From Eledone cirrhosa (lineage: Eukaryota): a DNA stretch of 64,000 nucleotides. Positions 1 to 13,270 of the stretch are shown here, in pieces (position 1 is the stretch's first letter; each line of letters opens with the position of its first letter). The notes beneath the pieces were generated by a model that searched no databases, was not told where the DNA came from, and worked only from the letters and a program-made list of their open reading frames with translations. The stretch spans positions 12,524,001 through 12,588,000 of the forward strand of contig OZ024742.1 of NCBI GenBank assembly GCA_964016885.1, in the 5' to 3' direction. A program made the position numbers and the translations under genes.

Positions 1-1041
1 CTGGGCTCATTTGCACCAGAACTTCTACGCTAGTCCCACCAAATACACCTCCGGAGTACTTTCCTACTGAGATTATCCTGTCTTCATCAAAATCAATGAA
101 TCCACATAGTATCCACCAAATATTTACATTTGGTGTGATACTCATAATTTTTATTTTTCGTGTTCTTTTTCCCCTGTATGTGGGGAAAAAGGTGAAACGG
201 GGGGACACAATGAGTGATACAGAGTATTTTTGTGCTGTTGGCTGGTTATTCATTAGCACCGAAATGCTACCAAACAGTTTTCCTTTTTGGATGAAGGTTA
301 TGTCCTTCATTGCATGTTTTAGAACCAGCTCAATTTCATTTTGTGATAATTGAGCTGGTTTTCTGGTTTCGTTAGATATTGTCCTGAAAACCACAGTTTT
401 CAGGACAGCCTTTCTACCTAATACCTGTGGAGAATTAATTTTAAAAGCACCGTTTTCGCCAAAAGTCGCGTATTGTTTTGCGGCTTGTAGTAATTGTTTT
501 GCATTAGTTATGTCAATTGGCGTGTATAGTTCGTTTTCTTTTACAGTTTGTGCAAAGTTGTTTTGGTGTTGTTGTCTTTTTTGTTGCTGTTGTTGTTGTT
601 ACTGTTGTTGATATTGTTCATGTTTTCCTTGGTGCTGTTATTGATGCAGTTGTTGGTTGTGGTGTTATTGTCATTGTTCTTGTTGTTGGTGCTGGTATTA
701 TTTACCGGGTTTGGTTCCGTGGTTTCAATATTTACAACGTTTTTCGATAAGGCGAGGGAGGAAGGCTGCAAGCTTTGTACTCATACCTTCCCTCCACCAC
801 TTTTCTTAGTGGACGTGGCACTCACTACAGTGTGTGAGGTTGAAATGGCATCCATTATTGACTACCAAGTATACACAGTTTTCAGATGAAAATTTCGCCC
901 CACAAAGGGGCGAAAATTAGTTAACTCAACGTCTGAAGGCCCAGACAAGGGGTTAAACTAAACAATACTAACAAATTGAACAATGAACTCACAGTTTTTT
1001 TAACAATAATCCGTAAAAATCCGGAGCGAAGTAATGCATGT
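1..1041 (-). mobile_element. 5' end of a non-LTR retrotransposon (L1/Tx1-like): 5' UTR plus disrupted ORF1, running off the window edge
   Basis: Minus frame from ATG 855 (MDAIST...) has in-frame stops at ~783 and ~543 and an Asn-rich linker. It then stays open for 180 codons to base 1 (...KGKLFGSISVLM...FFPTYRGKRTRKIKIMSITPNV...), resembling the RRM region of LINE ORF1. Family assignment is by resemblance only. Confidence 0.5.
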
Positions 1042-1725
1042 CTATCGAATGGAAGAGAGTACCGTATAGTAGATATAGAGAGGAGGACTGGAAGTATATG
1101 CTACTTGGTTGATGTAGAGAGGGGGAGAGTTTGGTGACAATGAATTGAGGAAGAGGATAGAGAGAGATAGGTCGTGTAGTAGATATAGAGAGGGATAGAG
1201 ATTGGTGTTAATTGATATAGAGAGGTGGTTTGGAAGAGAGTTCATTGTAGTAGATATAGAGAGGGGGAGAGTTTGGTGTATATTGATATAAAGAGGGTTT
1301 TGGGAGAGATTGCCGTGTAGTTGATATAGAGAGGGGGGGGGGTGATACTTGATATATAGAGGGGGATTGGAAGAGAGTACCGTGTAGTAGATATAGAGAG
1401 GGGGATAGTTTGGAGCTAATTGATATAGAGAGGGGTAGAATTTGGTGGTTGTAGTGATACAGAGAGGGATAATGGGAAAGTGCCATGTAGTAGATATAGA
1501 GAGAGTGAGAGTTTAGGTGTGATTGATATAGAGAGTGAGACTGGGAGAAATAAGTCTAGATATTTGTAGAGAGTGAGAGAGTATATTAGTCTTAGATATA
1601 GAGAGTGGATAAGAGAGGTGTTATGTGCTAGCTACAGAGAGGGGTAGAGTTTGGTTTTAGTAAATACAGAGAGGGGGATTAAAAGAGTTGTGTGTGATAG
1701 ACATAGAGAGGAGGAGAGTTTGGTG
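1042..1725. repeat. Degenerate ~40-bp purine-rich minisatellite (core GTAGATATAGAGAGGG)
   Basis: Recurring GATATAGAGAG core about every 40 bp. Confidence 0.7.
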
Positions 1726-2227
1726 GCACTTTCGGGTCCCAAATAACAGGAGAGTGTGGCAATAATGGCGAGAAGGAGCTTGGGATATCAGTAATTGTAT
1801 AGTGTAAGTTAGTAAATATGGGATTTCTTGTAATGTTCTTTTGTCATATATAATGTTTTTTAATTTAAAATACAGATATTAGATTCTCCAGCTGCTCTAT
1901 CAAAATGAGTCACTTACAATAACATTTTGCCGGAGATAGATTAGTAAAATTTAATAATGGGGCGGAAGAAAATCTGACAAATTAATAAGCGGGGAGTGGG
2001 GACAATTATTCAAGTCCTGAGAGTACGGGAATTATTGACGAACATAAGAATGGAAACCCAATACCGAAGTAGAATTCCTATATTCAATATTTAATGAGCA
2101 AGTGTTGCTACTCTGGAGTCTCACCTGTGTACTTACCAAGGAAGACTGGTGATCATATGAGTGACCAGGTGAAACTTTAGAGTAACAAAACTCAGCAATA
2201 GCCATAATAAATGAATGTATATATGTA

Positions 2228-2410
<183 letters not shown>

Positions 2411-2714
2411 TTGTATAAATATATATGTATGTATACATATGTGTATATATATATATATATTAGTTTAGCGAGGTTTTTTATATGAAATCGTGTGTCGAAA
2501 CAAATATTGTTATACTTGGAGAGGGTCATATTTGTGTAATATTGCCAGAATTAATAACAGAACACACTCACTGTTTGGTTGGTTTTCGCTTCTCGCTGTC
2601 TTTTATATCTGTAATCTAGCTTACTCGGTCCTCAATGTTGCCATTGACTGACCGACGGTCAAAAATATCACAGATACAATATAGACATAAACACATATAT
2701 ATAGTTTACATAAT

Positions 2715-2760
2715 TTATATAAATCTTTCGTTGCACATCTGCAACATCGTCAGTGGTGTT
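2715..2760 (-). ncRNA. Hammerhead ribozyme motif in PLE 3' UTR (stems I and III degenerate)
   Basis: CTGACGA-T-GTTGCA-GATG-TGCAAC-GAAA on the minus strand. Confidence 0.6.
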
Positions 2761-3014
2761 ATATTTTGCTCCTGTTGTGTTGTATGTCTACGCCATTTTT
2801 TATTCTGTCTGTCTATATATTTATTTATTTATTTGCTTGTTTGTTTATTTCATTTTGTCTTCTTTGCGCATGCGTTTGCGTGTGTGTATAGTGTTATGTT
2901 TGCTGTGTGACTAGTGTGTATAGTGTTGTGTTTGCTGGGTGACTAGTGTGTGTTTATGTGCTTGTTGTTATTGTGCTTGTGTATGTATTTATTTATCTTA
3001 TTTTATTTACTTAC

Positions 3015-4151
3015 TTATACTTCTCTTAGGTCAGTGTTGTTTGTTTGGGTGTTGTTGCTATTCCACTCATTCTTTCTGTTTAGCTTTGGTCTTCTAATTT
3101 CTATTTCACTGGCCTCTCTGATTTGCCTATCTGCTGGGTCATTTCTATGTTTAGATATTATTCTAATTTCTATGTTGTCTATGTTACCGTCATGTTGTTG
3201 TCTAGCATGTTGGTATAGTACTGACCCGTTTTTTCGTCCTTTTAGTTCCCCCCAGTGTTGGTCTATCCTTTCACCTATGCTACGAGCTGTCTCACCTATG
3301 TATGTTGTTGTCATGTTTCTGCAAGTACCCTCTGTACATCTTATGCTATAGACTACGTTTCTAGTTTTACAGTTTATCCGGGGATTCACCTTACATATGA
3401 TACATTTCCTATTGGTACAGTGGGTTTTCTTAAAAGGGTAGGTTTTGCTGATCAGGGATTTTATGGTGGTTCCTGGCTTTTCTACCACCTTTATTTTTAA
3501 GTGGTTCTTCTCAGGGCCTTTCTACACTGGTTAGCTAATTTCCCTCCAGGGGTGGCGTCCACAAACATGACACTCTGGTATCTCTGGTTGTCGTACCATG
3601 ATGTGGCTTTCCCTATCTTATGTCTAGCCCTATCTAAGCTATTCCATGATTTGCTCCTGTATAATGGGCAAATTCCTTTCATGTCCAGTTCTATGAGGGT
3701 CTTATACTTTTCCATGGCTCCTTCGTATACTCTGACTCTGTCTCTTTGGTTGTAGCCAGAGAACTGCATGCGGTTGATGAAGTGTTGGATGTGTCTTTCC
3801 ATTTCTGTTGGGTCGCACATGCTGGACACATTCTTTATCACTCGTACCAAATATGCGATCAGAATATTAAACTTAGCACTACTGGACATTGCTGAGTTTT
3901 TGAGTATCAGGTATTTGGAGGCCATGGGTTTAGCATAGTGTGAGTGGAGAATTTGGGCTCTCTCGTCTATAGTGTTAATCCAGAGTTCTGTGTCTAATAC
4001 AGGTAGTCTATTGTTAGGGTGTTTGGAAGGGAAGTCGATAGTTACAGTTATACTCTGGTGTATGGAATTAGCTATCTGCTGGATGCTTTCCATCGTGCTA
4101 CGTTCTAAATCAAACTTGTTAGTGCTCTCTAGTGGGGGTATTCTTATAACT
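3015..4151 (-). pseudogene. PLE RT C-terminus/thumb + Cys linker + GIY-YIG endonuclease, frameshifted near 3497
   Basis: IANSIHQSITVTIDFPSKHPNNRLPVLDTELW...YAKPMAS...RMQFSGY...MFVDATPGGKLA, then VVEKPGT...CTNRKCIIC...CKTRNVVYSIRC...YIGETARSIGERIDQH...RQIREASEIEIRRPKLN. These are PLE RT and VVY-YIG motifs. Confidence 0.9.
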
Positions 4152-4637
4152 AAATAAAGGTGGTAGAAAAGCCAGGAACCACCATAAAATCCCTGATCAG
4201 CAAAACCTACCCTTTTAAGAAAACCCACTGTACCAATAGGAAATGTATCATATGTAAGGTGAACCCCCAGATAAACTGTAAAACTAGAAACGTAGTCTAT
4301 AGCATAAGATGTACAGAGGGTACTTGCAGAAACATGACAACAACATACATAGGTGAGACAGCTCGTAGCATAGGTGAAAGAAAGGATAGACCAACACTGG
4401 GGGGAACTAAAAGGACGAAAAAACGGGTCAGTACTATACGAACATGCTAGACAACAACATGACGGTAACATAGACAACATAGAAATTAGAATAATATCTA
4501 AACATAGAAATGACCCAGCAGATAGGCAAATCAGAGAGGCCAGTGAAATAGAAATTAGAAGACCAAAGCTAAACAGAAAGAATGAGTGGAATAGCAACAA
4601 CACCCAAACAAACAACACTGACCTAAGAGAAGTATAA
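4152..4637 (+). pseudogene. Second (inverted) copy of the GIY-YIG endonuclease, frameshifted near 4380
   Basis: ORFs 4160-4450 and 4374-4637 together reproduce the 3015-3488 protein. Confidence 0.9.
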
Positions 4638-4891
4638 ATAAGTAAATAAAATAAGATAAATAAATACATACACAAGCACAATAACAACAAGCACATAAAC
4701 ATACACTAGTCACCCAGCAAACACAACACTATACACACTAGTCACACAGCAAACATAACACTATACACACACGCAAACGCATGCGCAAAGAAGACAAAAT
4801 AAAATAAACAAACAAGCAAATAAATAAATAAATATATAGACAGACTGAATAAAAAATGGCGTAGACATACAACACAACAGGAGGAAAATAT

Positions 4892-4937
4892 AACACCACT
4901 GACGATGTTGCAGATGTGCAACGAAAGATTTATGTAA
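4892..4937 (+). ncRNA. Hammerhead ribozyme motif, other arm
   Basis: CTGACGA (4899) TGTTGCAGATGTGCAAC GAAA (4923). Confidence 0.6.
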
Positions 4938-5140
4938 ATTATGTAAACTATATATATGTGTTTATGTCTATATTGTATCTGTATTATTTTTGACCGTCGG
5001 TCAGTCAATGGCAACATTGAGGACCGAGTAAGCTAGATTACAGATATAAAAGACAGCGAGAAGCGAAAACCAACCAAACAGTGAGTGTGTTCTGTTATTA
5101 ATTCTGGCAATATTACACAAATATGACCCTCCCCAAGTAT

Positions 5141-5222
<82 letters not shown>

Positions 5223-5229
5223 GTATCAT

Positions 5230-6210
5230 AAATTTATTTATTTATATGTGTGTATGTATGCTTGCATGTATGTGTATGGACATATGTGTATGGTTACATG
5301 GTTTATATGTGTGCATGTATAACAGGATGCATCCCTCCTTGGATGACCCTGTATGACCTTTTGTGCAGATGTATATGACTGTGAGTATAAAGGACAGAGA
5401 TATATGTATGTGTATGTGTGTTTGTGTCTTTGGAAGCGTCTCTGTCTTTGTGCCTATCAATAAGGACAGGCGTGTATGTGTGTATGTGTGTGTCTATGTA
5501 TATGTCTGTGCGTGTTTGTATATATGTGCAGATGTACGCGAACGCTGATATGTGTACTTGTATGCGTGTACGCGTGTGTGTGCGCGTGTGCGTGCGTGTG
5601 AGACCGGATGTATGGGGGTATATAGGCAGGCGCCAGTAGACGTGTGTGTTGGTGTGTATATGTTGGGGGTGTATGTGGGTGTGTGTAAGAGAGGGAGTGT
5701 GTGTGTGTATATGTATATGGGTGTGTATATCTAAATGCATAAGTGTATGTGTATTTATGTGTGTGTGTATGTGTGAGTATATATTTGTGAGTGTGAGCGG
5801 ACTTGTGAGATACCAAACCCAGCATGAGTCCATTGAAGTGTGTTGGACGGAGAGTAGCTGATAGACAGTGTGGAAGTAAATATTGACCAGAATTTATGAT
5901 GACGTAGAAAAACAACAGCCAATAGTGGAAGATGATCTTTGAAGGTGTTTTTTTAAGTTAACACCCCAGTGAGAAAATTTTCTCCGAAAGCATTGCATGT
6001 GTCCGAAGAACCCGCAGTTATAGAATCAGACAGATCCATACAATGATTGTGTCTCGAGCTATCTGCCGGCGAAACAATTGTAACACACAATAAACTGAGT
6101 CTAGATGCATCACTGATTTTTCGTTTTATATTCTTTCACACTCTGCTCTGTAAGAATATAGAGTGCTCAACTGGCATACCGCCTATGGAAGCACTATAGC
6201 TACCACTAAA
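5230..6210 (+). mobile_element. Probable PLE 3'-end derivative (same family as 14955-15292)
   Basis: 6060-6200 matches 14965-15100 in reverse complement (e.g. GAGTGCTCAACYGGCATACCGCCTATGGA). Carries an HHR and is flanked by microsatellite. Left boundary uncertain. Confidence 0.5.
5998..6087 (+). ncRNA. Type I hammerhead with long stem II and CCGAAGA variant core
   Basis: TGTGT-CCGAAGA-ACCCGCAG...CTGCCGGC-GAAA-CAATTG-TA-ACACA. Stem I is TGTGT/ACACA and loop III is the palindrome CAATTG. Confidence 0.65.
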
Positions 6211-6258
6211 CACACACACACCCACATATATATATATAAATAAATATATATATATATA

Positions 6259-6314
<56 letters not shown>

Positions 6315-6357
6315 CGCATGTATATATATATTTATATTTATATATATATTTATATAC

Positions 6358-6483
<126 letters not shown>

Positions 6484-6952
6484 ATTTACATAACCATTCG
6501 ATAATAAATTTCTAAATTCCTATTTTCATTAATATTTCAAGTTATTTAACCAGAAGTGATTTGCTGAATATTCAGCCATGAAATCTGTGACGCTTATCTA
6601 AATCATAGCAGGGAATGAATTGTTTTTATTACTATTATTATTACTAGTATTATTATTGTTATTATTATTATTTTAAATTCTAAACTATCAGTCGTAAAAG
6701 TTAGAAGACAATGCTAAGGCTATCAACATGTAATGTGATATTCAATAACATTTTAAGTATTCTGTGTGCAGCATCGTTTAAGAGGGAATGAAAATCAATA
6801 ATTTCAAACCAATTTTAATAGAAACACTTTGGAATTGTAATAAATAATCATAACAGCCAGAATATACTGAAATAACTACCTACCATAACACAAACATAGA
6901 GAATATCACAAACACACACATTCATATATATATATACATCCATACAAACATT

Positions 6953-7044
<92 letters not shown>

Positions 7045-7059
7045 GATATATATATAGAT

Positions 7060-7122
<63 letters not shown>

Positions 7123-7158
7123 TATAGATAGATAGATAGATTTATAAATAGAAACACA

Positions 7159-7226
<68 letters not shown>

Positions 7227-7232
7227 CATACA

Positions 7233-7341
<109 letters not shown>

Positions 7342-7628
7342 ATAAAGGAATTGTGGTAAGGAACCAGAAGGACCACAACGCACCAGAGTACTCAATACTT
7401 AGTGTAGTAGAGTGAGAAATAGGAAAAAGTATTGTTTCCTACTCTCATTCGATTTACCTATTCTATAACCTCCCTCCTCCACTTCATACTCTATACTCAG
7501 AATCTGCTGTATACATATCACTTTCAACGCTTGACCGCTCCTGTCACTCCCCTATTGTTCTACAGGCAAGTTCAGCCACCCCTACCTCCCACCAAATGCC
7601 ATGTTAAAGGGGTCATACTTTTTCCTAT
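7342..7628. mobile_element. Short element of the family also at 26800-26862, 37097-37440 and 45230-45520
   Basis: Shared ends GGAATTGTGGTAAGGAACCAGA..GACCA.AACGCACCAGAGTACTCAATACTTAG and GGGGTCATACTTTTTCCTA. Lies between (TA)n tracts. Confidence 0.7.
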
Positions 7629-7640
7629 ATATATATATAA

Positions 7641-7723
<83 letters not shown>

Positions 7724-8137
7724 GAGAAGAAAGAAGAATACTGCGTGGTTTGCACATGGGTTACATATGATAAAAAAAGTCCTTCGTCAGTAATTTTCCA
7801 ACCATCATTGGTATTACATCGCATTAAAAATCAGATACCTCAGGTTGGTGCGAGCAATAACTAAAAAAAGTTATTGGGACCAGAATTCGCGTAAGGCGAG
7901 GGGGACAAGTAAACAACATAGAAGGATAAAAGCAAACCGAAGATAGGAAAATAAACAAGCAACATGGTTGTCCGGTCAGCATAAGCTGGGTTGGTTTCAT
8001 GAGCGATAGAGGTATAGACCGTGTTGATGTGTGTGAGATGTGAGCAAGAAGAGACTCACACAAGCCAATCAACATATCATGTTGATTTAAAACTTCACTG
8101 CTCACAAATGTTTTTTAAGCTTCATATCATGTTTCCC

Positions 8138-8208
8138 TATTTTATCTGATGAGAACGCAAATATCATCCCATGATGATATTTGTTTTTGAAATGCGCATA
8201 ATAAAATA
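8138..8208 (+). ncRNA. Canonical type I hammerhead ribozyme
   Basis: TATTTTAT-CTGATGA-GAACGCAAATATCATC-CCAT-GATGATATTTGTTTTT-GAAA-TGCGCA-TA-ATAAAATA. Perfect 8-bp stem I, intact core, palindromic TGCGCA. Confidence 0.85.
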
Positions 8209-8333
8209 CTTGGAACTCTTTTAAACGTCTTTTGATCTTATATTATTTATACTCCAGTCCTATAAACTGTGGAGTGCTACTTATCCGATATTTGCTTTGC
8301 TTTATTGTTGCTACAATAAAACTCACCTCCTAC

Positions 8334-8408
<75 letters not shown>

Positions 8409-8420
8409 ACATATATATAT

Positions 8421-8700
8421 ACAATATGTTGAAAAGGTAACACACCGGAGAGAGATATACAGTGCGTTATCAATAAAACAGAGTAAAACACCACCAGTGT
8501 ATGGAATCTATAACCCATGAAAGGCAGACTATAGACACGATAATTAAAAATATCAATTAAAGCCACTGTATATCTCTCTCTCTGGTGTGTTACCTTTTCA
8601 ACATATTGTATTTTAAAGAGCTCACGGTTTCTTCTCCTTTGAGCACATTATTTACAGGGAATAGCGAGGGTCTATGCCTCCGTTAATTTATCGTGGTACA
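8421..8700. mobile_element. Miniature fold-back element (~45-bp IRs 8421-8464/8564-8610) with one-sided tail
   Basis: ACAATATGTTGAAAAGGTAACACACC...CAGTG is inverted at CACTG...GGTGTGTTACCTTTTCAACATATTGT. TA tracts on both sides. Confidence 0.65.
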
Positions 8701-8723
8701 TGTATATATATATATATAACCAT

Positions 8724-9210
<487 letters not shown>

Positions 9211-9388
9211 AGCTTTTATATATATATATATATATCCAGTGGGTGTAACTAGGAGTTACTGCAGGTTCACCCGGGTGAGCACTCGATGTTTAGGTTCACT
9301 TCTGTGATGATGTGTAGAGCTATACAGAGTGTAAAATATAGAAAGGATAAAAAGGACGATTGATTATTCCTTCATTGCATTTATTGAT

Positions 9389-9475
9389 AGGTGACGCGCG
9401 TTTCGCCACTGATCAGCTCAAGGTTCGATCTATATCGATCCTACCCGACTCAATAATCGGCAGCTCTACAGACCC
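9389..9475 (-). ncRNA. Hammerhead variant (CTGTAGA core, long stem II)
   Basis: Reverse complement of 10462-10548. Confidence 0.65.
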
Positions 9476-10461
9476 TCTTAAAATGCTATAAGAAAATGAA
9501 ATACATGCTATGTGGTAAAGTCAGAGTTTCAAGAGTTTGACAAAATGAGTTGTTTTGATTGGTGAGAAGGATCAAGGCGATGTACTGGCCTGTAGTGTAT
9601 ATGTGTGTTGTCCGTACATGTGCGTGTATATATATATGTGTGTGTATATATATATGTGTGAGTATACGTGTGTGCGAGTGTGTATGTGTATATCTTGCAT
9701 ACATGAGTGTGAGTCCATGTGCCCATACCCATGTGTATGTATGTGTATGTATATATGTAAAACACCTTCTACATCGCCTCTCACCTTCCCCCCATCTCTG
9801 TCGTTCGCCACCCCCACCGATACTCCCCCACTCTCCATATTGGTGCCCGCATGCGCGCATGCACATACATGTGTGTACATATACATATGGCTGTATGTGA
9901 GCGTATGCCGATATGTGTTGGCAAGGAAGTGCGTATGTGTTTTATGTTGTGTGTGTTTATACAACAATATATGTGCACATATATACATATATATGTGTGT
10001 ACGTATACGTATATACAAGGTACCTGTCAGACGAAGAGCGTCTAACTATGTATCTATGTAAGAACCTGACGCCACCAATACATCCACCACACCACCACAA
10101 ACGCCGCTACCATAGACAAAGGGACCACTACCACACCCCCACCCAACGCCAACCCGTCTACTGACAATCCTCTAACCTAATACCACAGCAGATCCCACTA
10201 AATAACCTTAACCACCACCATATCATCACATACACCCCACATACTCTACACGCCAAGGCCAACCCACTACCACCACACTACAGCCCACCTCATCCACAGA
10301 CCGTCACCAACATCTCACCATCACACCCACCCTCTTATACACTACAGGCCAGTACATCGCCTTGATCCTTCTCACCAATCAAAACAACTCATTTTGTCAA
10401 GCTCTTGAAACTCTGACTTTACCACATAGCATGTATTTCATTTTCTTATAGCATTTTAAGA

Positions 10462-10548
10462 GGGTCTGTAGAGCTGCCGATTATTGAGTTGGGTAGGATC
10501 GATATAGATCGAACCTTGAGCTGATCAGTGGCGAAACGCGCGTCACCT
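10462..10548 (+). ncRNA. Hammerhead variant (CTGTAGA core, long stem II)
   Basis: GGGT-CTGTAGA-GCTGCC...GTGGC-GAAA-CGCGCG-TC-ACCT. Confidence 0.65.
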
Positions 10549-10608
10549 GTCAATAAATGCAATGAAGGAATAATCAATCGTCCTTTTTATCCTTTCTATA
10601 TATATATA

Positions 10609-10664
<56 letters not shown>

Positions 10665-10811
10665 TAATAATAATAAATGTGAAGACTAAAATCCGAAGAG
10701 GGCTCGATATCATTTTTATTTTAACTCAATGCTATAAGCAGAGCCAATATATAATTACAATGTGCTTATAAACTAAAATTAAAAGTTCAAGACATTTAAG
10801 GACATTATAAT

Positions 10812-10846
<35 letters not shown>

Positions 10847-10864
10847 CTGTGTCTGTGTGTGTGT

Positions 10865-10938
<74 letters not shown>

Positions 10939-10939
10939 T

Positions 10940-11250
10940 GGGCCCCTGTCAGTTGCGTGATGAGCGGTTCAGTTGTACGAACAACAGAACAGCCCACTTG
11001 TGAAAGTGATGAGCAAATGGTTGAGCATTTCACAGACGCGTGTATCCTTAACGTGGTTCTCAGGGAGATTCAGCATGACAAGGTGTTTGATAAGGCTGGA
11101 TCTATGGATTACAGGTAAAGATCATTTTTGCTAAATGACTGGACTGGAAGAACGTGAAAAAAAATGTCTTGTTTAAGGATACAGCTCATTGCCGGAAATC
11201 GAACCCACGGCCTTACGTTCGTGGGACAAACAGACTACCGTTTAAACCAC
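10940..11250 (-). mobile_element. tRNA-derived SINE (degenerate)
   Basis: Minus strand begins GACGTGGTTTAAACGGTAG...GTGGGTTCGATTTCC (A/B-box-like). Body is shared with 18500-18770. Confidence 0.65.
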
Positions 11251-11369
11251 GTCTTGTATATGTGTGTGTGACAGCTCGCACCTATGCAGGTTTAGCTGGC
11301 CTCCTCCAAGGTATATCTCGTTGGAGTTGTCTTAGGTGTTTTAATGATAGGGACCCCAGTCCTATCATT

Positions 11370-11507
11370 TCACTTCTACAGCTGAGTAAACTGGAGCAAT
11401 GTGAAATAAAGTGTCTTGCTCAAGGAAACAACACATCACCCTGTCCGAGAATTGGACTCAACCTTTCGATTGCGAGCCCATTGCTCTAACCACTAAGCCA
11501 TGCGCCT
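11370..11507 (-). mobile_element. tRNA-derived SINE head and conserved central domain
   Basis: GGCGCATGGCTTAGTGGTTAGAGC...CCTTGAGCAAGACACTTTATTTCAC. Matches 29797-29925. Confidence 0.75.
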
Positions 11508-12756
11508 TCATATATCATATAATAATCCTTCGTTGATATAAACATTTCATTTATTGTACACATATATTATAAAAGTTCATTGACTACACCGAACAATAAA
11601 ACTAATTCTGCAGTCTCATTGCTAACGTAAAAAGACTTCGAATATGATTTTTTTTCCAAACACACAATTGAGAACTGTGTCTATAGAGTTATTGATTTTC
11701 AGTAAACGTTAATGAGTTCTCACAGTGGTAGTCTGAAATAGTTATATATTTTTTCATATTTATGAGACTAACCTATGTATATGTAAATCCTCTATTTAAA
11801 CCAGCATGGGTCTGGTATGCTGGAAGAAGCCTGGTTAAGATGTTAGATAAGGTAGTGTAGCAAAGTTTACCTAGACTCACACCTGATGTAAATCTCGATA
11901 GTAACTTTCCGTAAACAATGTTTTTCTTTCACAAAAGTGTCACATGGACATATGAAATGTTCTACCTTAATAATATCGGTAATCGAACAGCAACTTGAGA
12001 TTATGATTAAATCACTTGTTTCTTAAATAAATAAAAGTAAATGAATATATTTGGAAGGAAATCGGAGACCGAAGTATATGAGAATTGATCTGTGGGTTTA
12101 CATATAGAGAATATATGGTAAATGTTATAAACATCACATACACTCACACACACACACACACTCACATACACACATACATAAATACATACACATATACACA
12201 AACACACACACACACTCACATGCACACATACACACATGCACACACACACACACACACACATACAAACACAGAAAGAGACAAACACAGTAGTTATCTGAGA
12301 GAATAAGACGTTAGAACGTCAGAATACTTTGTGGTATTCGTTTCAACACTCTCAGTTGAAATCCTGCTGAGGTCAACTTTGTCTTTCATTTATTCGAGGT
12401 CGACGAAAAGTTTACCAGTGAAATACTGGAGTAAATTATTCCTCTATATCTCTTTTTCTCTTCCCTTCTCTCAATTTCTATCCTCCTCTGGAAGGAAATT
12501 GCAGAATTCAGACCCGGAGAGGTATATGCACCACCAGGCTAGAAATGGCCAAGAAACGCCGTATGTCACTACTGCGCTCCTACGACTCAATCAGGAATTA
12601 CGGGACCATGACATACCATCTGAAGGGAACATCATCCCAAGTTGTTTAGACATAGTGGTGGTGGTAGTGGTAGTGATGTTAGTGGTAAGATCAGCATGTA
12701 CACCAGCGAACCATGACTAAGCTATCATGGCTTTAATGTCTCCATTGATTTGCAGA

Positions 12757-13160
12757 GCTATGAGGAGGCCAAATACCGGTCGCTCTCCGACAGGTTTGCG
12801 GTTGTACCCTTGGCAGTGGAGACTTCTGGTGTCCTCGGCCCTAGGGCTACCTCCCTACTCACTACATGAACGTTTAACAATTGCGTACATCATTTTCATA
12901 TGACAGCTATTTCTAAAAACATCTGACTGATAAAATGACAAGTCAGTCAATCATATCGGTGGCCTCTCCACAGACCCGACGGACAGAATGGAGAAGGTGT
13001 TTCCCCGGTGGACGGTAAGGGAGACGCGCTGGAAAAGGCACTCCAGCTCGCGAGGCCCACACCTGCGGCTGGCCAGCTCGGCGCCTATGGTGGTGAGTAG
13101 GGAGGTAGCTCTAGGGCCGAGGACACCAGAAGTCTCCACTGCCAAGGGTACAACCGAACA
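12757..13160 (-). mobile_element. CRE-like non-LTR retrotransposon 3' fragment (restriction-like endonuclease) with an inverted partial duplicate
   Basis: Minus: VVPLAVETSGVLGPRATSLLTTIGAELASRRCGPRELECLFQRVSLTVHRGNTFSIL. Plus 12760-12866: EEAKYRSLSDRFAVVPLAVETSGVLGPRATSLLTT. Confidence 0.75.
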
Positions 13161-13225
13161 GGAAAGGTCTCACGACAAATAATGTTTTGTGTTGCAGAAT
13201 ATATATTTACACATATGGGACGCAC

Positions 13226-13270
<45 letters not shown>

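Larger units (their letters stand above)
2460..5146 (-). mobile_element. Penelope-like retroelement (Neptune-like), 5'-truncated, with ~1-kb inverted arms, inserted in (TA)n
   Basis: 2504-3496 is the reverse complement of 4152-5146. The spacer encodes the RT C-terminus and both arms encode a GIY-YIG endonuclease plus 3' UTR. (TA)n lies on both sides. Confidence 0.92.
9236..10600. mobile_element. Fold-back PLE-derived element with ~265-bp inverted arms (9337-9602 / 10337-10600), each with an HHR
   Basis: Arms are near-identical reverse complements. The left arm has a ~100-bp extension. (TA)n flanks. Confidence 0.8.

Noticed and set aside
2130-2190. Possible HHR (CCAAGGA...CTGGT/ACCAG...GAAAC)
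   Set aside because: Core and stem I too degenerate.
3497-4702. 401-aa ORF as a single gene
   Set aside because: Chimera: the N-terminal half is antisense of the inverted endonuclease arm; only 3497-4151 is real RT sequence.
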